Of a stretch of DNA of 64,000 bases, positions 49,650 through 57,882 are shown piece by piece. Numbering within the stretch: position 1 is the stretch's first letter; the number at the start of each line of letters is the position of its first letter. A program made the position numbers and the translations under genes. The notes beneath the pieces are model-generated. The model ran no database searches and was not told where the DNA came from. It saw only the letters and a program-made list of their open reading frames with translations. This stretch comes from Flavobacteriales bacterium (GTDB taxonomy: Bacteria; Bacteroidota; Bacteroidia; Flavobacteriales_D; Sanyastnellaceae): the NCBI GenBank assembly GCA_044371755.1, contig JBILSZ010000002.1, positions 14,383 to 78,382 on the forward strand. The letters run 5' to 3'.

Positions 49650-50347
49650 GAAAGATGCTTCAACGCCTCGCGCACTGTGAGGCCTGAAAATTCATTAGTA
49701 GAAACAAAATTCTTTACAAATCGAGGGTCTTCATGGGCATATTGTCGCAAAGCCCAGCCCATAGCTTTTCGAATGAAAAATTCCTTGGAATCCTCATGTT
49801 GTAGAATGGCCTTGATTAATATATCTAGGTCTGTATCTTTCTTATAAAATATTTGAAAAATAATCGCAGAACGGTTGAGCCACATATTATCTGAAAGAAT
49901 CCAGCGATTGATAATAGTTTGCTTTTGGTCGGGAAATTCTTTAAAATATTTAGCAGCCAAATGGGACGCTAAGAAGTCAACCGTATCCCACCACGACTTT
50001 TCTGTGATCAACCATTCAATCAACTCGATACTTTCTCTATTCTTATAAATTTTCTTCTTCTCCGCATATTCCATCGCAAAATAGTGAAACTCACGATAAG
50101 GCTTTTGCCAAAGCGATTTCATCAAAATAGTTGGATCAATCTCACTATCTTGAATAATCTCCTTTTGCAAAGCTTTTGAAATTGCAGCTCTGATCGGCTT
50201 TTTAATACCTAAAAAAGGACTTATACCTTTCATATAAGCCTCCATTTTGGGTGCCTCCTGCTTATTGGAGTGTTGCTCAAAAATCGAAACCAGCGATTTT
50301 AACGCCGTGTGTTTGTCCATTTTGCTAAAATAACCCTTCCCCCACAT
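49646..50347 (-). CDS. DNA alkylation repair protein (AlkD/AlkC-like HEAT-repeat family)
   Basis: 233 aa with motifs YMKGISPFLGIKKPIR, REFHYFAMEY, SWWDTVD, NMWLNRSAIIFQ and FFIRKAMGWALRQY. Confidence 0.75.
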   Translation of the reverse strand: MWGKGYFSKMDKHTALKSLVSIFEQHSNKQEAPKMEAYMKGISPFLGIKKPIRAAISKALQKEIIQDSEIDPTILMKSLWQKPYREFHYFAMEYAEKKKIYKNRESIELIEWLITEKSWWDTVDFLASHLAAKYFKEFPDQKQTIINRWILSDNMWLNRSAIIFQIFYKKDTDLDILIKAILQHEDSKEFFIRKAMGWALRQYAHEDPRFVKNFVSTNEFSGLTVREALKHLS

Positions 50348-50399
50348 CGTTTTGTTGATAATAGAAAATGATATGAAGTGAGGAGTGTTGGTGAAAATC

Positions 50400-50407
50400 T
50401 ACTTTTG
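50400..50407 (+). promoter_or_regulatory. TAnnTTTG -7 box for ftsK
   Basis: TACTTTTG, 47 nt upstream of the GTG start. Confidence 0.4.
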
Positions 50408-50454
50408 TTCGTGGAAAAAAGTGAGCAATAGCAAATTAAGAAGATAACCAAGGC

Positions 50455-53307
50455 GTGGCAGAGAAGTCAAAAAAAAATAGTTCATCAAACAGCAGTCTAA
50501 AATCGTTTCTGCAAGATCCCCGTGTAAAAAAAATCGGTGGTTTTTTACTCTTATCATTTTCAATATATCTCTTCTTAGCTTGTCTTTCATATGTATTCAC
50601 TGGAGGTCACGATCAGCACTTGATTCGCGGCACATCCAAGGTTGAGTCTTTTTCAGATCAAGAACCTTATCGCAACTGGATGGGTAAGGCAGGCGCACAT
50701 TTGGCGCATTTTTTCATGTTCAAATACTTAGGTGTGGGTTCATTTTTCATCGCATTCATGTGTTTTTTATACGGGGTGAAAATTGCGTTTCAAAAGTCTT
50801 TATTACCGCTCTTCAAAAGCTTAAGATTATCCATTCTTGGGGCGCTATACTTCCCGCTTTTAATAGGTTTCTTTTTTCATAATCGTGTAGATGGTTTTGA
50901 TAGAAAAATTGAAATCACATGCAACGATCGCTTTGTTGGAGGTTACGGACATTTTGCTACAGAGTATATCACTTTTAACCTCGGCTGGTGGGGCACTTTG
51001 ATGTTACTTTTGGTGGTAGCCCTTGCCTACATGATTTTTAATCATAATCATAAAGTGGAAGCTGCATTCAGCCGAATCGGGGAATGGATGAAAAGAGAAC
51101 CGGAACAAGAACAGGAACAAGGAACAGGGGAACAGGGAACAGGGGAACAAGGAACAGGGGAACAGGGAACAGAGGAACAGGGAACAGGGGAACAAGGAAC
51201 AGGGGAACAAGGAACAAGGGAACAAGAACGAGAACGAGAACGAGAACAAGATCAGGGAACAAAGGAACAGGGGAACAATAGCCTGCCCATTCATGGGCTG
51301 GCGGAGGGTCAGGAACAAGAACGAGAACAAGAACAAGATTCGGAATTCGGAATTTCGAATGCTGAATCGCAAACTGAGAATTCTAATGCTGTTCCTACCT
51401 ATCGCACCATTAGCAATAGCTTCCGAGAAGACCGTCCTGCGCCGATTACAGTAAATATAACACCAGATGAAGAAGACTCTGACGAACTTGCGCCCGAGCC
51501 CTACCTCATCTCCCGCCCCATTCCCCCTACTCCTACTCCTTCTCCTACTCCTACTCCTTCTCCTACTCCTACTCCCTCTTCTCCCGACCCTATTTCGATA
51601 AAATTCGAATTCCCGGAGCCCACTGTTTCTGAAACAGAACCTAACGAACCAGAATTCGATGATTTTATCCCAGAAGCAATAAATGAAAGTGCTCCCGTAA
51701 TCAAACTAGCGGGTATGGAAGTGGAAGCACCAAAAGAAGAGGACATACTCAGCGAAGAGGATTTGGAAAGTAAGCTCAAAGAGTTCGGCCCATACGATCC
51801 CAAATTAGACCTCAGTCGCTATGAGTTGCCGCCCATCGATTTATTGAAGCCACACGGTTCGGGTGTACCCCAAATCAATAAAGAAGAGCTCGAGGCGAAT
51901 AAAAATAAAATTGTCGAAACGCTCAATCACTATAAGATTGAAATTGATAAAATCAAAGCCACCATTGGGCCAACGGTGACGCTCTATGAAATTGTACCAG
52001 CCCCTGGGGTTCGCATTTCCAAAATTAAAAATTTGGAAGACGATATTGCCCTTAGCCTTGCAGCGCTCGGTATTCGTATCATCGCGCCCATACCAGGGAA
52101 AGGCACAATAGGTATTGAAGTGCCCAACTCGAGACCTGATGTGGTGTCCATGCAATCGCTCATCAAAAGCGATAAATTCCAAAACTCTGATATGGACCTG
52201 CCAGTAGTTTTGGGTAAAACTATTTCGAACGAAAATTTCGTAGCCGACCTAGCCAAAATGCCGCACTTACTGATGGCCGGTGCCACGGGACAAGGTAAGT
52301 CCGTGGGTCTCAACGCGATTCTTGTTTCTCTTTTATACAAAAAACACCCCTCGCAAATCAAGTTTGTGTTGGTGGATCCGAAAAAAGTGGAATTGACGTT
52401 ATTCAATAAAATCGAACGTCACTTTTTAGCCAAACTTCCAGATTCTGAAGAGGCCATCATTACCGATACGAGCAAAGTAGTGCGCACTTTGAATTCCCTT
52501 TGTATAGAAATGGATGACCGCTATGAGTTACTGAAAATAGCTCAGTGCCGGAATATCAAGGAGTACAATGCAAAGTTCATCGCTCGCCGCTTAAATCCCG
52601 AAAACGGTCATCGATACCTTCCTTACATCGTGCTGGTGGTGGATGAATTCGCTGATCTTATCATGACCGCTGGACGAGAAGTAGAAACGCCCATTGCCCG
52701 TTTGGCACAACTTGCTCGAGCCATCGGTATTCACTTGATCATTGCAACCCAGCGCCCTTCGGTAAATATTATTACAGGTACCATTAAAGCCAACTTCCCA
52801 GCGCGTATAGCATTTCGTGTGACGAGTAAAATAGATTCGCGTACGATTCTCGATGCTGGAGGAGCAGATCAATTAATTGGTCGCGGTGATATGCTTTTTT
52901 CAACTGGCAATGATTTGATTCGTATCCAATGCGGATTTGTTGACACGCCCGAAGTAGAGGAAATTACTGAATTCATAGGCGCTCAACAGGCTTACCCCAG
53001 CGCTTTCTTGTTGCCTGAAGTCCCCGACGAAAACAGCGGTGGTGAAGCTATGTCCTTTTCAGAAGAAGACCGTGACTCACTCTTTGAGGAGGCTGCCCGA
53101 GTGGTGGTTACTACACAACAAGGTTCAGCATCCATGCTTCAGCGAAAATTAAAACTAGGCTACAATCGCGCGGGAAGACTTGTTGATCAACTCGAAGCTG
53201 CGGGTATCATTGGCCCGTTTGAAGGCAGCAAGGCCCGAAAAGTGCTCATTAGTGATGAGATTAGCCTTGAGCAATTTCTCAAAAACATGAACAACCCTGG
53301 GTATTAA
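50455..53307 (+). CDS. ftsK: DNA translocase FtsK/SpoIIIE (GTG start) with a long low-complexity linker
   Basis: 950 aa with N-terminal TM helices. The motor domain has Walker A (GATGQGKSVGLN), Walker B (IVLVVDEFADL) and ATQRPS. The C-terminus has a gamma winged-helix (SASMLQRKLKLGYNRAGRLVDQLE). Confidence 0.95.
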   Translation: MAEKSKKNSSSNSSLKSFLQDPRVKKIGGFLLLSFSIYLFLACLSYVFTGGHDQHLIRGTSKVESFSDQEPYRNWMGKAGAHLAHFFMFKYLGVGSFFIAFMCFLYGVKIAFQKSLLPLFKSLRLSILGALYFPLLIGFFFHNRVDGFDRKIEITCNDRFVGGYGHFATEYITFNLGWWGTLMLLLVVALAYMIFNHNHKVEAAFSRIGEWMKREPEQEQEQGTGEQGTGEQGTGEQGTEEQGTGEQGTGEQGTREQEREREREQDQGTKEQGNNSLPIHGLAEGQEQEREQEQDSEFGISNAESQTENSNAVPTYRTISNSFREDRPAPITVNITPDEEDSDELAPEPYLISRPIPPTPTPSPTPTPSPTPTPSSPDPISIKFEFPEPTVSETEPNEPEFDDFIPEAINESAPVIKLAGMEVEAPKEEDILSEEDLESKLKEFGPYDPKLDLSRYELPPIDLLKPHGSGVPQINKEELEANKNKIVETLNHYKIEIDKIKATIGPTVTLYEIVPAPGVRISKIKNLEDDIALSLAALGIRIIAPIPGKGTIGIEVPNSRPDVVSMQSLIKSDKFQNSDMDLPVVLGKTISNENFVADLAKMPHLLMAGATGQGKSVGLNAILVSLLYKKHPSQIKFVLVDPKKVELTLFNKIERHFLAKLPDSEEAIITDTSKVVRTLNSLCIEMDDRYELLKIAQCRNIKEYNAKFIARRLNPENGHRYLPYIVLVVDEFADLIMTAGREVETPIARLAQLARAIGIHLIIATQRPSVNIITGTIKANFPARIAFRVTSKIDSRTILDAGGADQLIGRGDMLFSTGNDLIRIQCGFVDTPEVEEITEFIGAQQAYPSAFLLPEVPDENSGGEAMSFSEEDRDSLFEEAARVVVTTQQGSASMLQRKLKLGYNRAGRLVDQLEAAGIIGPFEGSKARKVLISDEISLEQFLKNMNNPGY
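51121..51225 (+). repeat. seven tandem copies of a 15-nt unit GGAACAGGGGAACAR (encodes GTGEQ) inside ftsK
   Basis: Direct reading gives units at 51121, 51136, 51151, 51166 (GTEEQ), 51181, 51196 and 51211 (GTREQ). A degenerate copy lies near 51256. GAACAAGAACGA-type EQ/ER repeats flank the array. Confidence 0.9.
51337..51371 (+). repeat. decaying heptanucleotide tandem repeat (AATTCGG)n inside ftsK
   Basis: gattcgg aattcgg aatttcg aatgctg aatcgca. It encodes SEFGISNAES. Confidence 0.8.
51526..51579 (+). repeat. three tandem copies of the 18-nt unit CCTACTCCTACTCCTTCT (PTPTPS) inside ftsK
   Basis: Direct reading gives units at 51526-51543, 51544-51561 and 51562-51579. The last copy has one substitution. 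Confidence 0.9.
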
Positions 53308-53335
53308 TTCTCAAGGTTCTTTCGTCCGAAACATA

Positions 53336-53343
53336 TAACTTTG
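53336..53343 (+). promoter_or_regulatory. TAnnTTTG -7 box for the lolA-like gene
   Basis: TAACTTTG, 60 nt upstream of the ATG at 53404. Confidence 0.4.
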
Positions 53344-53403
53344 CACCCCTAATCTGTTTTTGGAACAGTTATTGAAATTCCCCGCATCAAGAATTTTTAC
53401 AAA

Positions 53404-54054
53404 ATGAAAAAGTTGACCTTTATAATCAGTGCAGCCATTATCCTATTGAGCAATATTGCATCTGCACAAACTTCAAAAGAAATCCTCGATAAGCTTTCTA
53501 CGAAAGCAAAAGGCTGGAAATCTATCTCCGCTGATTTCACCTCTACTCTCAAAGACCAAAAAGCCAATGTGAATCAAAAGCAAGAGGGTAACATCAAAAT
53601 CAAAGGAAATAAATATCACTTAAACCTTTCTCAATACACTGTAATATCAGATGGTACTACCGTATGGAGTTATGATAAAAAAAGCAATTCTTGCACCATC
53701 GATAATTTAGAAGACATCAAAGACGGAGCATTTGATCCATCTGAAATGTTTACTATTTGGGAAAAAGATTTCAAACATGAAATGAAAAACACCAACGCCA
53801 CTGTTGATGGCGAAGCATGTTATGAAATCCACTTATATCCCAATCAGCCAAAAAATAAGCCTTACCATACGATTGTGATGTACATCACGAAATCTAAGAT
53901 GGAAGCAAATAAAATTGTGGTTAAAACCCGCGAGAATGCTGAGATTTCTTATAAGGTGAAGAACTTCAAGACGAACTCTGAATTTCCTGACACAGATTTC
54001 AAATTCAACAAAGCGTCATATCCAGGCGTGGATGTGGTGGATAATAGAATTTAA
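53404..54054 (+). CDS. LolA-like outer-membrane lipoprotein carrier family protein
   Basis: 216 aa with a signal peptide. It has the LolA-like pattern (ILDKLSTKAKGWKSISADFT ... GNIKIKGNKYHLNL ... DGTTVWSYD) and the typical position downstream of ftsK. Confidence 0.7.
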   Translation: MKKLTFIISAAIILLSNIASAQTSKEILDKLSTKAKGWKSISADFTSTLKDQKANVNQKQEGNIKIKGNKYHLNLSQYTVISDGTTVWSYDKKSNSCTIDNLEDIKDGAFDPSEMFTIWEKDFKHEMKNTNATVDGEACYEIHLYPNQPKNKPYHTIVMYITKSKMEANKIVVKTRENAEISYKVKNFKTNSEFPDTDFKFNKASYPGVDVVDNRI

Positions 54055-54983
54055 AATTCTGAATTCCGAATTCCGAATTCTGAATTCTGAATTACCCAAT
54101 CTATGCCTTTGACTAATTTCTTGAGCGTTTCGTGCTCCGCTGTGCCTTCTTTGGGCTGGTGATTGTAAAGCCACGAAGCATGTTCGGGAAGGCTCATTAG
54201 AATGGATTCGATGCGCCCTCCTGTTTCAAGCCCGAATCGCGTGCCGCGGTCATAGATTAGGTTGAATTCAACGTAACGCCCCCTACGTATCAATTGCCAC
54301 TGTTTTTGTTGTTCAGTGTAGGAGGATGACTTATTCTCGTTTACTATAGGTCGATATGCCTTCAAAAAAGTATTACCAACCGCTTGCATGAAATCAAAGA
54401 AGTATTCTTTAGAGTTCTTTTCATTTGGCACTAGGTAATCGTAAAATATCCCTCCGATTCCTCGTGTTTCATTGCGATGAGTGATGAAAAAATAATTATC
54501 TGCCCACTCTTTAAACTTATCATAGTACGAGGCATCAAATGCATCGCATGTTTCTTTCATACATTGATGAAAATAATGAGCTTGTGCATCATTGACATAG
54601 ATGGGAGTTAGATCAATTCCCCCACCGAACCAGCTATCTCCTTGATCCGTTTCGAAATAGCGCACATTCATATGTACAATAGGCACCATCGGTGAAATTG
54701 GATGCATCACCAAAGAGACGCCAGTGGCAAAAAAACGCTTTGCAAGAGGATTCACTTTTGCGCTTAAAAAAGAAGGGAGGTCTCCTTCAACAGCACTGAA
54801 GTTGACGCCTCCCTTTTCAAATACATTACCATGAGAAATCACTCTACTAATACCGCCTCCACCTTGGTGGTGCGACCAGTGATCTTCCGAAAATCTTCCC
54901 TTCCCATCTTCTTGTTCCAAGCCATCACAAATAGACTTTTGTAATGACTTTAAGTAAGAAGTAATCTCTTCTTTTGTGATCAT
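54051..54983 (-). CDS. hemF: oxygen-dependent coproporphyrinogen III oxidase with a repeat-encoded C-terminal tail
   Basis: 310 aa with GGGGISRV, HMNVRYFE, WFGGGIDLTP, RGIGGIFYD and RGRYVEFNL. The last 14 aa (VIQNSEFGIRNSEF) are encoded by the heptamer array. Confidence 0.93.
   Translation of the reverse strand: MITKEEITSYLKSLQKSICDGLEQEDGKGRFSEDHWSHHQGGGGISRVISHGNVFEKGGVNFSAVEGDLPSFLSAKVNPLAKRFFATGVSLVMHPISPMVPIVHMNVRYFETDQGDSWFGGGIDLTPIYVNDAQAHYFHQCMKETCDAFDASYYDKFKEWADNYFFITHRNETRGIGGIFYDYLVPNEKNSKEYFFDFMQAVGNTFLKAYRPIVNENKSSSYTEQQKQWQLIRRGRYVEFNLIYDRGTRFGLETGGRIESILMSLPEHASWLYNHQPKEGTAEHETLKKLVKGIDWVIQNSEFGIRNSEF
54054..54095. repeat. six tandem heptanucleotide units (GAATTCY; 4 EcoRI-type palindromes) at the convergent lolA-like/hemF junction
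   Basis: aaattct gaattcc gaattcc gaattct gaattct gaattac. This is the reverse-complement orientation of the AATTCGG repeat in ftsK. Confidence 0.9.
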
Positions 54984-54985
54984 TA

Positions 54986-56560
54986 TTATTTTTGAAGCTT
55001 ACTATTTTTCAAACCGTAGGCGAAGTAGATAATGATACCTGCTACCATCCAAAATCCTGCTACTTGAAGTGTATTCAAGTCCAAAGACACGATCATCAAT
55101 CCGCAAACAAGGATACCCAAAATAGGCACGATGGGAACCAATGGTGTTCTGAAAGGACGCTCCAAATCTGGATTTGATTTTCTCAAGAGCAATACTGCCA
55201 AACAGACCAATACAAAAGCGAATAGGGTTCCGAACGAGGTAAGGTCTCCAGCTACACTGCCAGGAACGAACGCTGCGAAAGCACCTACAAATAGGAATAA
55301 AATCCAATTGGATTTGTAAGGAGTTCTAAATTTAGGATGAAGATCTGCAAAAGCTTTAGGTATCAATCCATCATTGGACATGCTGTAGAATACACGGCTT
55401 TGTCCCATCAACATTACTAAGATTACAGATGAAAATCCTGCGAGAATCGCAATGCTCACACCCGTACCCAGCCATTCCCAGCCTGTCATATATGTATTTA
55501 TCGCATATGCTACAGACGCTTCCTTACCTGCTGTTTGGAACTCCGTATAATTAGCTACACCCGTGAGAACATAACTAAAGAGCACATAGAGCACAGTGCA
55601 CACTGCGAGTGAACCGAGGATTCCGACTGGCATATCTTTCTTTGGATTTTTAGCCTCTTGAGCAGCAGTACTTACAGCATCAAAACCGATGAATGCGAAG
55701 AATACGATGGCGGCCCCACCGAGCACTCCTCCCCAACCCCATTCAAAGAAGCCATCATGACCAGGAGTTCCTTCTGGAATCATATATGGAACGTGATTTT
55801 CTGGCTTGATATAGGCCCAACCTACAGCAATGAATACAAGTACAATTGCAACCTTAATAAATACAATAATACCATTGACTATGGCTGACTCTTGAGTACC
55901 GCGAATCAAAAGCATAGTTAGTGCAAGAAGAATAATCAACGCTGGAGCATTGACGATACCGTCTTGTGCAGATACAAGCGCAGCAAGATTTGCCGGGAGT
56001 TTTTCATATTGACTATCTGAAAGTATTAAAATTCCATCTTTTGCTCCTTTGAAATCTGGAAAAGCTGCGGTTATTGTAGCAAGAGCATCGCCGCTCACAG
56101 TGTAGAGTGTTTCAAATGGGGAATGGCACCATTCATAAGGAATAGCACCCCCTAGCAGATTATTCAAATATTCACTCCAAGCGATGGATACCGTTGCAGC
56201 ACCCAGTGCATATTCCATGATCAGCGCCCACCCTATAATCCAAGCGACCAACTCTCCCATGGTTACATAGGCGTATGTATAAGCACTTCCGGCTATCGGA
56301 AACATGGAAGCAAACTCGGCATAACAGAGGCCGGCAAAAGCACAGCCAATTGCTGCTACCACAAAACTCAAAGTAACAGCAGGTCCTGCAGCTTCAGCAG
56401 ATGCAGCCGCAGTTCTTACAAATAGCCCAGCACCAATGATGGCACCAATACCCAAAAGCACAAGGTTTGTCGCGCCTAACGTTCTTTTCAATCCTCCTTT
56501 TTCACCCTCTGTTTCGTTGAGAAGAAGGTTCAATGGTTTTTTAATCCAAATATTACTCAT
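54986..56560 (-). CDS. APC-superfamily amino acid permease (cationic amino acid transporter-like)
   Basis: 524 aa with ~13-14 TM segments. The N-terminal motif is LKRTLGATNLVLLGIGAIIGAGLF. Confidence 0.85.
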   Translation of the reverse strand: MSNIWIKKPLNLLLNETEGEKGGLKRTLGATNLVLLGIGAIIGAGLFVRTAAASAEAAGPAVTLSFVVAAIGCAFAGLCYAEFASMFPIAGSAYTYAYVTMGELVAWIIGWALIMEYALGAATVSIAWSEYLNNLLGGAIPYEWCHSPFETLYTVSGDALATITAAFPDFKGAKDGILILSDSQYEKLPANLAALVSAQDGIVNAPALIILLALTMLLIRGTQESAIVNGIIVFIKVAIVLVFIAVGWAYIKPENHVPYMIPEGTPGHDGFFEWGWGGVLGGAAIVFFAFIGFDAVSTAAQEAKNPKKDMPVGILGSLAVCTVLYVLFSYVLTGVANYTEFQTAGKEASVAYAINTYMTGWEWLGTGVSIAILAGFSSVILVMLMGQSRVFYSMSNDGLIPKAFADLHPKFRTPYKSNWILFLFVGAFAAFVPGSVAGDLTSFGTLFAFVLVCLAVLLLRKSNPDLERPFRTPLVPIVPILGILVCGLMIVSLDLNTLQVAGFWMVAGIIIYFAYGLKNSKLQK

Positions 56561-56610
56561 AAGAATTGGTTAATGGTTTTATGAAGAGTGGCAATAATAA
56601 TTCAAAATCC

Positions 56611-57882
56611 TTATTTCTTTTTAGATTTTGTTGGTTTCGATGGTGTCGCTGGCTCTTTTTGCTTTTTGGGCTCCGGAATTACTACGTTTAAACGAGCGCT
56701 GATCTGATTGATTGGCACTGCGAATCCTATTCCTTCGATTCCATAACCCACATATTTCGAACTGACTATTCCTATTAGCTCTCCCTTTTCGTTGAGCATA
56801 GCTCCGCCACTATTGCCTGGATTCACCTTGGCATCCGTCTGTATATACCCAAAATCAGCAAAAGATCGTCGACCACTAATGACACCCTTGAAAACCGATT
56901 GACCCAATAAAGTATCCGCCGGTGTACCCATTAAATAGACCGTGCTCCCAATTTCTTGTTCTTGGCCACTTGGTAGTAAGGCTGGTAGATTGGTTCGCTC
57001 GATTTTTAATAATGCCAAATCACAATCTGGATGCCTTCTTAATACCCGACCCTCCGACACTGAACCATCTTTGAACTTCACTTTTACCGTTTCATTTTGT
57101 CCTACCACATGAAAGTTGGTCAAGATATAGCCATCACTCGAAATCACACAACCACTGCCATGTCCCTCTGGGGTAATAATGGTTGGAACTGTATGAGAAA
57201 GAAAATCCCAGTCTAATAACGCTGAGCCTCCGGTAATAGAAACTTTTTCAAAACTAGAAATATCGGTGGCATCGAAATACTCGGATGACTTGATCAAACC
57301 CATTACTTTATCTTCAGAAAAAAATTGAGCGAGAATCTTATTTATCAACTTAGAAAAACCATTTTCCCAGTTAGAAGCATCCCTATTAGCGATAAGCTCT
57401 TCGATTGAAATATCCTCTTGAACTAAAGTCTTTCCATAATAAGAACTCAATTTCATATCAGCAAACATCTTTAAGTAAACGGCATTAACGCCACTTTTAC
57501 TTTTAGGTCTTATGTAGCTAAATTCAAGACGATGAACACGCATGCTCATGTGCAATGAATTTTTATAGTCTGGAAATATTCGTTCAGTGGTATCGATAAA
57601 ATTATTTTCACTTAGCAGACCATAGAGATATCCCTCAAGGCCCGAGCTCGCTTCTATGATTTCATCGCTGTTCGAAGAAAGTTTGTTGTACAATCCTTTT
57701 TTTCGTTGAGCTTCCGTTTTGTAATAACTCTCTGTGATCTCACCTTCCTTTAGATCAAAATAGATATTTTCTGTGGTGATATATTTTTGACCTTCCTCTC
57801 TCCTTGGAAGTGATGTGTTACTTTGAGCGAACGAAAAAAACACGGCAAAAGTGAGTGTAGTGAGTGAAAGTATTTTTTTCAT
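56611..57882 (-). CDS. secreted trypsin-fold (S1C/HtrA-like, no PDZ) serine peptidase with a unique N-terminal domain
   Basis: 423 aa with a signal peptide. Intact triad motifs: ILTNFHVVG (His), DCDLALLK (Asp), PGNSGGAML (Ser). The C-terminal tail is Lys/Pro-rich. Confidence 0.75.
   Translation of the reverse strand: MKKILSLTTLTFAVFFSFAQSNTSLPRREEGQKYITTENIYFDLKEGEITESYYKTEAQRKKGLYNKLSSNSDEIIEASSGLEGYLYGLLSENNFIDTTERIFPDYKNSLHMSMRVHRLEFSYIRPKSKSGVNAVYLKMFADMKLSSYYGKTLVQEDISIEELIANRDASNWENGFSKLINKILAQFFSEDKVMGLIKSSEYFDATDISSFEKVSITGGSALLDWDFLSHTVPTIITPEGHGSGCVISSDGYILTNFHVVGQNETVKVKFKDGSVSEGRVLRRHPDCDLALLKIERTNLPALLPSGQEQEIGSTVYLMGTPADTLLGQSVFKGVISGRRSFADFGYIQTDAKVNPGNSGGAMLNEKGELIGIVSSKYVGYGIEGIGFAVPINQISARLNVVIPEPKKQKEPATPSKPTKSKKK

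Noticed and set aside
51004-51372. ORFs on both strands across the ftsK repeat region, and the thought that the regular 15-nt repeats might be a CRISPR-like array.
   Set aside because: The repeats are contiguous with no unique spacers, only 15 nt long and in frame within ftsK. The extra ORFs are open only because simple repeats lack stop codons.
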